Source of the DNA: a virus
Taxonomy: Duplodnaviria; Caudoviricetes
Virus record (IMG/VR): IMGVR_UViG_3300037067_021792
DNA: 64,000 nt
Direction: 5' to 3' (one strand)
The first letter of the stretch is position 1, and each line of letters opens with the position of its first letter. The notes under the pieces were generated by a model. That model saw only the letters and a list, made by a program, of their open reading frames with translations, had not been told where the DNA came from and made no database searches. Below, one piece after another: positions 1-9,931 of this stretch. Position numbers and translations under genes: made by a program.

Positions 1-2
1 CA

Positions 3-536
3 GTTGTCTTTTTCGGAGATGGAGCAACAAATGAAGGTGATTTTTGGGAAAGTTTGAACATGGCTTGTCTCTGGAAAATTCCAATCATTTTTGTATGTGA
101 AGATAATGGTTTTGCGGTTCATACTCCTCAGTCTCATAGAAATGGATATGATAACTTAGATAAAATAGTAGAAAAATTTAATTGTAAGGTTTTTAGCACA
201 AATTCAACAGATGCTTTGGAGATATATGAAATAGCTCAAAAATGCATTAATATATCTAAAAATCAGCCAGTTTTTCTAAGAGCGAAATATTACCGATACC
301 TAGAACATGTCGGTGTTAATTATGATTACAATGATGGGTATCGCGATAGATCAGAACTTGATAACTGGCTAGCAAGAGACCCGGCGCTTATTTTGCGGTC
401 TAGGTTATCCGAAGAAAGAGCTAATGAAATCGAAAGTGAAATAGATGATATAGTGGAGAAAAGTATTCAGTTGGCCAAAGGGGCAGATTTTGCTACGTTT
501 GATGAGTTAAAAAATAATGTTTTGCGAGAGATGTAG
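3..536 (+). CDS. ThDP-dependent dehydrogenase E1 alpha-like subunit (5' partial)
   Basis: Frame open from the window edge: VVFFGDGATNEGDFWESLNMA...IIFVCEDN ThDP motif; followed by a beta subunit. Confidence 0.85.
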   Translation, partial: VVFFGDGATNEGDFWESLNMACLWKIPIIFVCEDNGFAVHTPQSHRNGYDNLDKIVEKFNCKVFSTNSTDALEIYEIAQKCINISKNQPVFLRAKYYRYLEHVGVNYDYNDGYRDRSELDNWLARDPALILRSRLSEERANEIESEIDDIVEKSIQLAKGADFATFDELKNNVLREM

Positions 537-1577
537 ATGGACAGAAGAATAACCTATCGAGAAGCCATAAATGAAGCTATTTTCTCTGAAATGGAAATAG
601 ATCCTACAGTTTTTGTGTATGGCATAGGGGTGCCAGATCATAAAAAAATATTCGGTAGTGTAAAAGGGATAGACTCATTTGGATCTGATAGATTCTTTGA
701 CGTTCCTCTGTCAGAAAGCGCCCTAATGGGGTTCGGAACAGGCTCCGCTATTAACGGACTCAAGCCTATATATATTCATATGCGAGTAGACTTTTTGCTT
801 TTGGCAATGAATCAACTTGTGAATATGTCATCAATAGCACATTATTGCTCCGGCGGAAAACTAAATGTTCCTATGGTTATAAGAGCTATTATTGGGAGAG
901 GGTGGGGGCAAGGCTGTCAGCATAGTAAGACATTGCAATCCATGTTTTCCCACATTCCCGGAATAAAAGTTGTTTTGCCTGTTACCCCGTATGAATCGAA
1001 GGGCATGTTAATTTCTGCTATTCGGGACCCAAATCCTGTAATAGTATTAGAGCATAGATGGCTATATGATACAAATGGAGAAGTTCCAGAGGAAAGCTAC
1101 ACGGTATCGCTAGAAAAACCCAGATTGATGAGAAACGGTAATGATATAACAATTGTAGCAACTTCATGGATGAATGTAGAAGCTATTCATGCGGCTTCTA
1201 TATTAGAAAAATACAATATTAGTGTAGAAATAATCAACGCATGTGTTGCGTCCGAGTTTGACGACAGTTTGATTATTGATTCTATTAAAAAAACCGGTAG
1301 ATGCATTGTTATTGATGACGATTGGGTCCATTGTGGATTTAGTGCAGAACTATCTAGCAGAATAAATGAAAAGGCATTCTATTATTTAAAATCTCCGGTA
1401 TATCGCATTGGTTTTACTCACACGCCATGCCCGTGTGCTAGGAATTTGGAAAATAAATTTTATCCTAATGCTGCTTCAATTATTGGAGCATTTGAAAAAA
1501 TCTTTAATCTTAATCCGATAGACTTGTCCGGCGAGGTATTCTCATCCTATGAAAACAAATTTTTAGGGCCATTCTAA
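537..1577 (+). CDS. ThDP-dependent dehydrogenase E1 beta-like subunit
   Basis: TYREAINEA, DVPLSES, GQGCQHS, DPNPVIVLEHRWLY motifs. Confidence 0.9.
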   Translation: MDRRITYREAINEAIFSEMEIDPTVFVYGIGVPDHKKIFGSVKGIDSFGSDRFFDVPLSESALMGFGTGSAINGLKPIYIHMRVDFLLLAMNQLVNMSSIAHYCSGGKLNVPMVIRAIIGRGWGQGCQHSKTLQSMFSHIPGIKVVLPVTPYESKGMLISAIRDPNPVIVLEHRWLYDTNGEVPEESYTVSLEKPRLMRNGNDITIVATSWMNVEAIHAASILEKYNISVEIINACVASEFDDSLIIDSIKKTGRCIVIDDDWVHCGFSAELSSRINEKAFYYLKSPVYRIGFTHTPCPCARNLENKFYPNAASIIGAFEKIFNLNPIDLSGEVFSSYENKFLGPF

Positions 1578-3238
1578 TGCAAAGAGTATCTGATTATATT
1601 GCTCAATTTTTAGTTAAAAATGGAATTAGTGATGTTTTTATGCTCACAGGATATGGGGCAATGTATATGAATGATGCTATTGAGATTGCTGGTATTAAAC
1701 ACTTTGCATGTAGAAATGAGGCTGCGGCTCCAATGATGGCAGAATCATATGCTCGCGTTAAGCAGTCTCTTGGGGTTGTTTGTGTTACCGCTGGGCCGGG
1801 ATCGACGAACGCAATCCCTGGGCTAGCCGAGGCGTGGGTAGACTCTGCCCCTATACTGGTGTTGTCCGGGCAAGTGGAAAGGCAACATACAACGCGCGCA
1901 GCCCATCTTCCTAAGTTCAGAACATTTGGAACCGCAGAGATAGACATAGTTCCCGTCGTCGAATCTTTAACTAAATTTTCTATAGAGGTAGATGATCCTT
2001 CAAAAATCCGATATTACCTTGAAAAATCTCTTTATTATGCTATCTCTGGTCGCCCTGGGCCCGTCTGGATGAGTATACCAATTGATGTTCAGAGCGCTAT
2101 GATTGATGAGAATTTATTGGAGGGATTCATTCCCAGTGTCGAAGAAACACCCATTCCCAATGACATTTATTCTGTAATTCAAATGTTATTGAACGCAAAA
2201 AGGCCCGTTATTATTTGCGGGAATGGAGTGAGACAGTCTTCTACTATACTTCAAGTTAAAGAATTGATAAATACATTGAAACTCCCCGTAGTCTTGTCAA
2301 GACTTGGTCAGGATATTTTCCCCCATTCTTCTCAGTATATAATGGGGCATGGTGGTGTTAAGGGGTCCACATCCTGCAAAAAAATAATGCAAGAAGCCGA
2401 TTTTGTATTGTCTCTTGGATGTAGGTTGGCAATCCAGTTTGTCGGCATGAAGCTTCAGCACTTCTCTCCAGATTGTAAGATTGTAATGGTTGATATTGAT
2501 GAGAATGAAACGAAGAAGCCTGGAGTGAAACTATCTGCTGCTATAAATTTAGATTTAAAGGAGTTTGTTCCGGAAATTATATCTCGTTTAAATGTTGGCT
2601 TACCAGATTGGTCTCATTGGGTGGAGCATTGCCAACATCTGAAGGAGCAATTTTTCTTTCCTACACGAGAAGGCAATCCCATTGATTTATACTATTTTAT
2701 GTCAAGATTAAATTTTCTTTCTGGCAAGAGACATATATTCACGACTGACGCTGGGTCAAATTATTACGTAGGTGGTCAAGTATTTACTTTTGATAAAGAA
2801 CAAAGGGAGATAACGTCGGGGGCATTTGCTGCAATGGGAACTAGCATTCCTTTGGCGATTGGTGCTGCTGTGGCAGACCCATCAAAGCAAATACTCGCGA
2901 TAACCGGAGATGGGTCCCTTGAGTTAAACATACAAGAGTTAAAAACTATTTCACATTATGGGTTTAACATTAAATTGTTTGTAATTAATAATGGTGGATA
3001 TGTTTCAATGAAAAAGTGGCAAGATACATATTTTGATGGTCGCAGGATAGACGACGCTGAGAAAACCGGTGTTGGAACTTTGAATCTAAAGAAAGTTGCA
3101 GAAGCCTTTGATATGGATTATGCCTTGATTAACGATTTCTCTATGGTGGATGATAGTATAATATCTTTGTTGTCTAATGATAAGCCCGTTTTTGTGGAAG
3201 TAATTACTGACAATCATCAAAAAATAATTGATGCATGA
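1577..3238 (+). CDS. Acetolactate-synthase-like ThDP enzyme (YerE-like carboligase in sugar context)
   Basis: RNEAAA, TAGPGSTN, GRPGPVW, GDGS...NNGGY. Confidence 0.85.
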   Translation: MQRVSDYIAQFLVKNGISDVFMLTGYGAMYMNDAIEIAGIKHFACRNEAAAPMMAESYARVKQSLGVVCVTAGPGSTNAIPGLAEAWVDSAPILVLSGQVERQHTTRAAHLPKFRTFGTAEIDIVPVVESLTKFSIEVDDPSKIRYYLEKSLYYAISGRPGPVWMSIPIDVQSAMIDENLLEGFIPSVEETPIPNDIYSVIQMLLNAKRPVIICGNGVRQSSTILQVKELINTLKLPVVLSRLGQDIFPHSSQYIMGHGGVKGSTSCKKIMQEADFVLSLGCRLAIQFVGMKLQHFSPDCKIVMVDIDENETKKPGVKLSAAINLDLKEFVPEIISRLNVGLPDWSHWVEHCQHLKEQFFFPTREGNPIDLYYFMSRLNFLSGKRHIFTTDAGSNYYVGGQVFTFDKEQREITSGAFAAMGTSIPLAIGAAVADPSKQILAITGDGSLELNIQELKTISHYGFNIKLFVINNGGYVSMKKWQDTYFDGRRIDDAEKTGVGTLNLKKVAEAFDMDYALINDFSMVDDSIISLLSNDKPVFVEVITDNHQKIIDA

Positions 3239-4050
3239 ATGGTGAAAAAGTGTTTGATCTGATAGAAAAAGCTAAAAATATAAGGTTGTGGGCAATCGAG
3301 GAAACTGCCTCAAAGGGAAAGGGTCATATTGGAGGGACTTTCTCGTGTGTTGATATTCTGGTATCTTTATACTACAGTGTTTTAAACATTAAACCGAAAC
3401 ACCCTGAATGGGATGGACGGGATCGCTTTATTCTCAGCAAAGGGCATGCGTGTCTTGCGCTTTATCCAATTTTAATGGATTTGGGATTTATTAATAATGA
3501 AACATTTCGATCTTATGGAGAGAATGGTGGACTTGGTGGTCAGTTGGACATAAGTATTCCTGGGGTCGATTGGAATACTGGTTCACTGGGCCACTCATTG
3601 GGCATTGCGTCAGGGATGGCCATGGCCTCCAAATTGGATAATAAAAATTACCATGTTTTTTCGGTTGTTGGAGATGGGGAATGTGCAGAGGGGTCTATAT
3701 GGGAATCAATAATGTTTATTGGACAGCGAAATATTTCTAATATCACATGTATTGTAGATCGTAATAGACTTTCGGTGACAGAAACATTAGACGATGATTC
3801 CTTTTTCAAAAATCTTTCTATAGTCCTTCCGTCCTTTGGTTGGGGGTTTGTTGAAATCAATGGGCATAATATAGAAGAGATAACAATCGCCTTAAATAGT
3901 TCCAAGTGGTCTAAAACACCAACATTTATTGTTGCTAACACAATCAAAGGCAAGGGAATATCATTTATGGAAAATGTTGCCAAATGGCATAATTCCGTCC
4001 CCAACAAAGATGAGCTAGAAGCAGCAAAGGCGGAAATAAATGCCAACTGA
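3235..4050 (+). CDS. Transketolase N-terminal (ThDP-binding) subunit
   Basis: GHIGG, DRFILSKGHA, TGSLGH, GDGECAEG. Confidence 0.9.
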   Translation: MNGEKVFDLIEKAKNIRLWAIEETASKGKGHIGGTFSCVDILVSLYYSVLNIKPKHPEWDGRDRFILSKGHACLALYPILMDLGFINNETFRSYGENGGLGGQLDISIPGVDWNTGSLGHSLGIASGMAMASKLDNKNYHVFSVVGDGECAEGSIWESIMFIGQRNISNITCIVDRNRLSVTETLDDDSFFKNLSIVLPSFGWGFVEINGHNIEEITIALNSSKWSKTPTFIVANTIKGKGISFMENVAKWHNSVPNKDELEAAKAEINAN

Positions 4051-4969
4051 TATTAGAGACGCATTTTTTGATAAAATATGTGAATATGCCATTGCAGATG
4101 AACGTGTTATTATTATCACCGATGATATGGATATATTTAGCCTGAGGAATTTTAAGAAAACATGTCCCCATCGGTTTATAAATCCCGGAGTTGCAGAACA
4201 ACAAATTGTAAATTTTGCTGCTGGATTGGCATCAACAGGGAAGAAAGTAATTATTTGTGGAATTGCGTCTTTTGTGACATTTAGATGTTATGAGCAAATA
4301 AAAGTCAATATCTGTAGCATGAATCTTCCGATTGTTATTGTAGGCATGGGTGCGGGATTGTCGTTTTCTGCCGATGGGCCAACACACCATAGTATACAAG
4401 ATGTGTCTGTTATGCGGTCATTGCCAGAAATCGAAATTTATAATCCCTGCGACTCATTATCCGCACAAAAATGTGCAGAAATATCATACTTCTCAAAATC
4501 ACCTGTTTATGTTAGAATGGATAAAGGGGCTTTTCCTGATATTTATGAAAATCTAGCATTAGAGCATGGATATTGTAATATAATTACACCAGATAAGACC
4601 AATGTTATTTCAACTGGATGTATTACACATGTTGTTCATGATGTGATAAGGGAATTAAATATTAACGTAGGTTTAATAGATGTTTTTAAACTAAAACCTT
4701 TTGATGATAGGATCATTAATGAAATATCTCATTCTAATAGCATCATCACAATAGAGGAACATACAATAACAGGTGGCTTACATTCTATTGTTCTGGAATC
4801 TTCTAGCCGTCTTGATTGTAACATTCAGGTTAAACCTATTGCTCTCGAAGATGGACAATATATTCAATACGGAACCAGGGAGTTTCTACAAGATCAACAC
4901 GGTCTTTCTAGAAAAACAATAACAAAAGCTTTACTCAAAGAGGAACAATGTCAAAGAAAATTGCCATAG
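4040..4969 (+). CDS. Transketolase C-terminal subunit
   Basis: GVAEQ, DGPTHH, IEEH...GGL. Confidence 0.9.
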   Translation: MPTDIRDAFFDKICEYAIADERVIIITDDMDIFSLRNFKKTCPHRFINPGVAEQQIVNFAAGLASTGKKVIICGIASFVTFRCYEQIKVNICSMNLPIVIVGMGAGLSFSADGPTHHSIQDVSVMRSLPEIEIYNPCDSLSAQKCAEISYFSKSPVYVRMDKGAFPDIYENLALEHGYCNIITPDKTNVISTGCITHVVHDVIRELNINVGLIDVFKLKPFDDRIINEISHSNSIITIEEHTITGGLHSIVLESSSRLDCNIQVKPIALEDGQYIQYGTREFLQDQHGLSRKTITKALLKEEQCQRKLP

Positions 4970-5979
4970 GAACATCGTTGTTTCAAAACAATTCAGATTG
5001 TGATATAATTCGATATGCCATAGATCTCGGGGTATCCGTGGTTGATACTGCGGAAAATTATGGGATGTCAGAAAAAATTGTTGCCAACGCGATTAGGGAC
5101 ATACGAGATCGGATAGCTATATCTACGAAATTTTCTCCAGAAAACAGTAAGTACAATGATGTTATCAAAGCGGCTCACCGTAGTTTAAAAAATTTACAAA
5201 CAGATAGTATCGATATTTATTATGTACATTGGCCTCGATACGATATAGATTTTTCTGAAACATACAAGGCTCTGTCTGATTTAAAAGAGAGTGGAAAGAT
5301 AAAACAAATAGGGCTGTGCAACGTAAACCGCTACGACTTGTCCTTGTTTTTGGATATTGGCCCAATTGACTGTATACAAATGGAATATAATCTGTTCGAC
5401 AGGTGGGCTTCGCCGGTTTTATTTCACGGATCCATTGCAAATAAATTTTGCTATAGTTCTTTAGACCAGGGGATTATATGCGATTCTAAAAACAAGGAGC
5501 TAAATTGTCTGGCAGAAAAATACAACGTTAGTGTTCCGGCTGTCGTATTGTCATGGGAAATGTCTAAGAACCTGATTCCAATATTTGCATCAAAGAATTC
5601 CGAACATATAAAAGACAACATTTCTTCTCTTAGCGTTACCTTATCTGATACTGATGTGGAATTTCTTGATAGAATTGGAAGTGCTGAGGTAATGGTTAAT
5701 ATCCGAGATATCATTCCGGCTGATGGTGGTCATCGTAACAGGAAAACCTATAAAACGGTAGATGAGGCAATTAAAAATCACCTAAATTACTATCCAAGCC
5801 CAATGGAAATGTCAAAGAGATTGCAAAAATGTAGAGATATTAAACCCATCAAATTATCTAGAAACAACGACGGGTCTTATACACTTATTGAGGGAAGAGT
5901 TAGGTATTGGGCATGGAGATTGGCATTTGGGGATGACTGCACAATTCCATCTTTGATTAGACAAGGAACAATTAGTTGA
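4948..5979 (+). CDS. Aldo/keto reductase with C-terminal ParB-like segment
   Basis: DTAENYG, ISTK, IDIYYVHWP, QMEYNLF; C-terminal PIKL...YTLIEGRVRYWA. Confidence 0.8.
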   Translation: MSKKIAIGTSLFQNNSDCDIIRYAIDLGVSVVDTAENYGMSEKIVANAIRDIRDRIAISTKFSPENSKYNDVIKAAHRSLKNLQTDSIDIYYVHWPRYDIDFSETYKALSDLKESGKIKQIGLCNVNRYDLSLFLDIGPIDCIQMEYNLFDRWASPVLFHGSIANKFCYSSLDQGIICDSKNKELNCLAEKYNVSVPAVVLSWEMSKNLIPIFASKNSEHIKDNISSLSVTLSDTDVEFLDRIGSAEVMVNIRDIIPADGGHRNRKTYKTVDEAIKNHLNYYPSPMEMSKRLQKCRDIKPIKLSRNNDGSYTLIEGRVRYWAWRLAFGDDCTIPSLIRQGTIS

Positions 5980-6890
5980 TATTGGAATTAGAAGATATAG
6001 CAGATTCATTTGGCACTAGCATATATGATTTTGATGACGAATTTATATCCCTATACAATTCGCACAATTGGTCATACAATGTTGCCACTGGTGCCGACAG
6101 AGATAAACTAATTATCGAAGTTTTAGAATTTTTAAAACAAGATGTTCAAAAAACTGGAGATAATAATAGAATCACTAGATGGGAAAATGGGTGGAGAGAA
6201 AATTTAGAAGCGTATAAGAGAACTAGAGATGTGAAGAATATTATTCCAAAGTTTATCAGACCCAAACAGCCAATAAGGTTAAAAGGGGAATTTGTATTTA
6301 CTGAGGATCCTAATTTTGAATTGAATTATGTAAGATTAATACAGAAGTGGATTTTCCATAAGTATATGGGCGATTGCACATCTATTCATGAATTTGGTTG
6401 TGGAAGTGGTATTAACATATCTTTTCTTTCTGAAATATTTCCCCAAAAAAAATTATTTGGGTATGATTTTGTGCAATCATCTATTGACATAATCAATATG
6501 CTGTCAGATACGAATCCAAATATTAAAGGATTCATATTTGATATGACACGTCCATCTTCTATTTCTGTGGATGACAATTCCTGTGTTTTTACATTTTGTT
6601 CTATAGAACAATTATCAAACAGTTTTCGAAATTTTATTAATTTTGTATTGGAGAGCAATCCAAAATTATGTGTGCATATCGAGCCAATTGTCGAACTATA
6701 TAATCCAACTAGCATAATAGATTACACTGCAATATGTTTTCATAAACAAAGAGACTATGTGTCTGGATTATTGCCATATCTACAAGATTTATGTCGGAAT
6801 AATAAAATTGAATTGACAAAAGTTCATAGAATGCAATTTGGGAGTCTGAGGTCGGAAGGATATATGCAACTAATTTGGAGACCAAAATGA
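5976..6890 (+). CDS. Class I SAM-dependent methyltransferase
   Basis: IHEFGCGSG motif I, GYD motif II. Confidence 0.75.
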   Translation: MILELEDIADSFGTSIYDFDDEFISLYNSHNWSYNVATGADRDKLIIEVLEFLKQDVQKTGDNNRITRWENGWRENLEAYKRTRDVKNIIPKFIRPKQPIRLKGEFVFTEDPNFELNYVRLIQKWIFHKYMGDCTSIHEFGCGSGINISFLSEIFPQKKLFGYDFVQSSIDIINMLSDTNPNIKGFIFDMTRPSSISVDDNSCVFTFCSIEQLSNSFRNFINFVLESNPKLCVHIEPIVELYNPTSIIDYTAICFHKQRDYVSGLLPYLQDLCRNNKIELTKVHRMQFGSLRSEGYMQLIWRPK

Positions 6891-7870
6891 TAAATATCGA
6901 TGTTTTGGATAGTTTTGCAGGGAAAACAGCACTGATTACTGGGGGAACGGGACTGATCGGAAGACAGATCACTCGCATACTTATTAATGCCGGTGCTATT
7001 GTCAGAATAGTGTCTCTTGACAAAAATAAAGTTCACGATAAGGCCGAACACATCGTCGGTGATTTATCGGATTTTAATTTTTGTAAATTGATTACTCGGG
7101 ATATTGATTTTGTATTTCATATTGCTGGTGTAAAAGGCTCAGTCAAAGTCACAAAAGAAAAACCAGCAAGTTTTTTTGTTCCTCTTCTTATGATGAACAC
7201 AAACATGCTTGAGTCGGCAAGAATTAATAATGTTAAGAAATTGGTGTATACTAGCTCGGTGGGGGCATATAGTAGCGCAGAAATTTTTGTGGAAGGCGAA
7301 AACGAAGATGGGCCACCGATGGATGAATTTCCTGGTTTGGCCAAACGAGTAGCAGAACAACAAATTCTTGCGTATAAAATTCAATATGGATTAGATAATT
7401 ACGCCATTGTAAGACCGGCCAATATTTATGGCCCTGGAGATAATTTTGATCCTGAAAATGCAATGGTAATTCCAACATTAATGCATCGCATTCTAAATAA
7501 GGAAGACCCCGTAATTATATGGGGAGATGGAAGTGCTATCAGAGATTTCGCATACAGTAAAGATGTAGCAGAGGGGATAGTGCTTGCTCTTTATTACGGA
7601 ACTCGCTCTAAATATGTTAATCTGGGAAGTGGTATTGGATACTCAATCAAAGAGCTAGTGGAGACTTTAAGAAGTTTTATTGATTTCAATTATGTATTTG
7701 ATTCCACAAAACCATCAGGTTTTCCGAAACGCATAATGAATATTAATTTAGCAAGAGCTACGCTGGGGTATAATCCCACAACTACTCTTAAAGAAGGACT
7801 GATGGAAACCTGGGATTGGTTTACCAATAATCCTACTGATTATTGTGATAAGAAGAATTATTTCAATTGA
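6875..7870 (+). CDS. NAD-dependent epimerase/dehydratase (GDP-fucose-synthase-like); start probably 6887
   Basis: TGGTGLIG, RPANIYGPGDNF, WGDGSAIRDF. Confidence 0.85.
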   Translation: METKMINIDVLDSFAGKTALITGGTGLIGRQITRILINAGAIVRIVSLDKNKVHDKAEHIVGDLSDFNFCKLITRDIDFVFHIAGVKGSVKVTKEKPASFFVPLLMMNTNMLESARINNVKKLVYTSSVGAYSSAEIFVEGENEDGPPMDEFPGLAKRVAEQQILAYKIQYGLDNYAIVRPANIYGPGDNFDPENAMVIPTLMHRILNKEDPVIIWGDGSAIRDFAYSKDVAEGIVLALYYGTRSKYVNLGSGIGYSIKELVETLRSFIDFNYVFDSTKPSGFPKRIMNINLARATLGYNPTTTLKEGLMETWDWFTNNPTDYCDKKNYFN

Positions 7871-9179
7871 CACTCCGCAGGGACTAAAGTCCCACAGATT
7901 CTCTAATCACTGAACATTCTTGCCCCGCCATTTCTAGCAAAGTAGAGGATTGTTCTCCTAGAGCGTTTATTCCCGCAAGCCCTACGGTATATCTATTTAA
8001 AATATTTTTGCTAGCATTTAAGTCTCTGTCTTCTACGTCCCCACAACAAGGGCATTTATGTATTCTAACACTTAAATCTTTCCTAACCATCGAACCACAA
8101 GAGCTACATAATTGGCTGGTATTCTTGGGATTAACTAGCTCCACTTTCCCACCGGCACTCTCAGCCTTGTAGGTAGTGTATTGAACTAATTTATTCCAAG
8201 AACAGTCACTTATGCTTTTAGCTAACTTATGGTTTTTAACCATATTAGAAACTGTTAAATCTTCAAAAACTATGGTTTCAAAGCTCTTTGCTAGACAAGA
8301 AGACGCTTTGTGTAAATAATCATCTCTTTGAAATCGTATTTTTCTGTGTAGACGTGCTACTTTGATTCGTTGCTTGTTCCTTCTGTTGCTAGTCTTTGTG
8401 GGTTTTCTTGAAAAAGTTCTCTGTGTTCTTGCGAGTGAATGTTCTGTTTTCTTTAAGAACTTAGGATTCTCTATAGTTTCTCCAGTAGATAAAGCACATA
8501 AAGTTTTAATCCCTACATCTATTCCTACAACAGAACCAGGATTAGAATGTATGATAAATTCTTGCTCTATATCACAAGCAAAGATAACGTACCAATGATC
8601 TACATCTCGTACCACTTGGCACGTTTTTATATCTCCTAAAATTGGCCTACTATAAACCATCTTAACACAACCAATTTTAGAAAGTTCTACTCTTTTATTA
8701 TTTGATGTAATTCTAAAGCCCAACTGAGGATAAGTAAAAGAACGATATCTATTAAAACTCTTAAAGCGTGGAAATCCTGCTTTTTTTGTTCCCTGTTTGC
8801 ATCGATCGAAAAATCTTTTATAAGATTTATCGAGCCTTTTAAGAACGTTTTGTAGCACCTGAGAATAAACTTGAGACTGGTAATGATTCTTATTTTTAGC
8901 TAAGTTGTTCGCCTGCTGGTTATAAGTTAAAGTTTTTTGAGTGTTTTGATAAGCCTCTTTTCTTTGTTCAAGTGCATCGTTATATGTGTGCCTACAAGTA
9001 TTTAGAGTGTTTATAAGTAGTTGCTCTTGTTTTCGAGTGGGATAAAGCCTGTATTTAAAAGATTTCATTGGCATTTCTATTGAATTATACAAGGAAATTG
9101 AGTATAATTCCTCGTAAGAAATTTAAAAGTTCGCTTATATCTACAGGGGTTAAAACCCCGTAGTTTTACGCTCAGGAGT
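7867..9179 (-). mobile_element. IS200/IS605-family tnpB-only (IS1341-like) element
   Basis: Left-end hairpin CTACGGGG-TTTT-AACCCCTGTAG near 9141-9163; right-end hairpin GGGAC-TTTA-GTCCC ending GTGTCAA at 7867; TTAT immediately 5' of the left end; no tnpA. Confidence 0.8.
7884..9092 (-). CDS. tnpB: RNA-guided endonuclease TnpB
   Basis: FKYRLYPT HTH, GIDVG / FEDL / DRDLNASKNI RuvC triad, CSSC..CPCC zinc finger. Confidence 0.93.
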   Translation of the reverse strand: MYNSIEMPMKSFKYRLYPTRKQEQLLINTLNTCRHTYNDALEQRKEAYQNTQKTLTYNQQANNLAKNKNHYQSQVYSQVLQNVLKRLDKSYKRFFDRCKQGTKKAGFPRFKSFNRYRSFTYPQLGFRITSNNKRVELSKIGCVKMVYSRPILGDIKTCQVVRDVDHWYVIFACDIEQEFIIHSNPGSVVGIDVGIKTLCALSTGETIENPKFLKKTEHSLARTQRTFSRKPTKTSNRRNKQRIKVARLHRKIRFQRDDYLHKASSCLAKSFETIVFEDLTVSNMVKNHKLAKSISDCSWNKLVQYTTYKAESAGGKVELVNPKNTSQLCSSCGSMVRKDLSVRIHKCPCCGDVEDRDLNASKNILNRYTVGLAGINALGEQSSTLLEMAGQECSVIRESVGL

Positions 9180-9884
9180 ATAAGGCATTATTCTGTCTGT
9201 TCTTCCGTTTTTTACTTCATTTAGATCACAATACTCTTTTACTATGCATTTAGGCCACAATGTCTGACACAAATCAAAGTCTTTTGAACTTTTTTGTGAT
9301 AATCTATTACGCTTATTGTCGAGATGTTCATATAGCCAGGCAGAACTTCTTATAACCGTTCCATTTTTATAAAATAGTCTGAGAGCAATATCGGCTTCCC
9401 ATCCGGTATTAATGAATCTGCGGTCAAATCCTCCCAGATTTATAAATAAAGTTTTAGTAATCATCATTGTGATGGGCATTATCCCAAAACCCGGAGGTGT
9501 TATGGGCATGAGGGGATTTGTGTCCTTTTTCTTATAATTCCCCGTTATTATGGTATGCTGTTCGTCTGATTCGAGCATGCTTTGTAACATTTTTTGTAAG
9601 AAATCTTCCTGCGGAACAAGGTCATCCACCATATGAATTACGTATTTACCTATAGTTTGAGAAAATGCCATATGGGCAGCTCTGGCTGGATTTGCATCGG
9701 TTCGTATAAATTTAAAGTTTGGAGGCAGAGATATTTGTGGAACAACGTGCCCTGCATATACTATTTCAAAGTCAATTTGGCTGTTTGACAGGGTTTTATA
9801 TGTGTTTTCCCAGTATTTTGTATATATTGCCGCGCTAAAAATACTAATTAATGGAACCATAAACAAGTAATTCTCTGTATTCAC
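9150..9884 (-). CDS. GT2-like glycosyltransferase; last 9 codons come from the IS left end
   Basis: HMVDDL, LGGFDRRF, EADIALR. Confidence 0.65.
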   Translation of the reverse strand: MNTENYLFMVPLISIFSAAIYTKYWENTYKTLSNSQIDFEIVYAGHVVPQISLPPNFKFIRTDANPARAAHMAFSQTIGKYVIHMVDDLVPQEDFLQKMLQSMLESDEQHTIITGNYKKKDTNPLMPITPPGFGIMPITMMITKTLFINLGGFDRRFINTGWEADIALRLFYKNGTVIRSSAWLYEHLDNKRNRLSQKSSKDFDLCQTLWPKCIVKEYCDLNEVKNGRTDRIMPYTPERKTTGF

Positions 9885-9902
9885 TGAGTTGTCCTCTGTC
9901 GT

Positions 9903-9911
9903 CGGTATAAT
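9903..9911 (+). promoter_or_regulatory. CGGTATAAT -10-type promoter
   Basis: Same 9-mer recurs in intergenic gaps at 19595 and 62203; AGGAG SD downstream. Confidence 0.5.
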
Positions 9912-9931
9912 ACTATAGTTTTAGGTTAGGA

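Noticed and set aside
3-4969. Housekeeping PDH, branched-chain amino acid and pentose-phosphate genes
   Set aside because: No E2/E3 or ilvN/ilvC in the window; embedded among nucleotide-sugar genes
7867-9179. Cas12-type CRISPR effector or autonomous IS
   Set aside because: Size and motifs fit TnpB, IS ends are present, and there is no array and no tnpA
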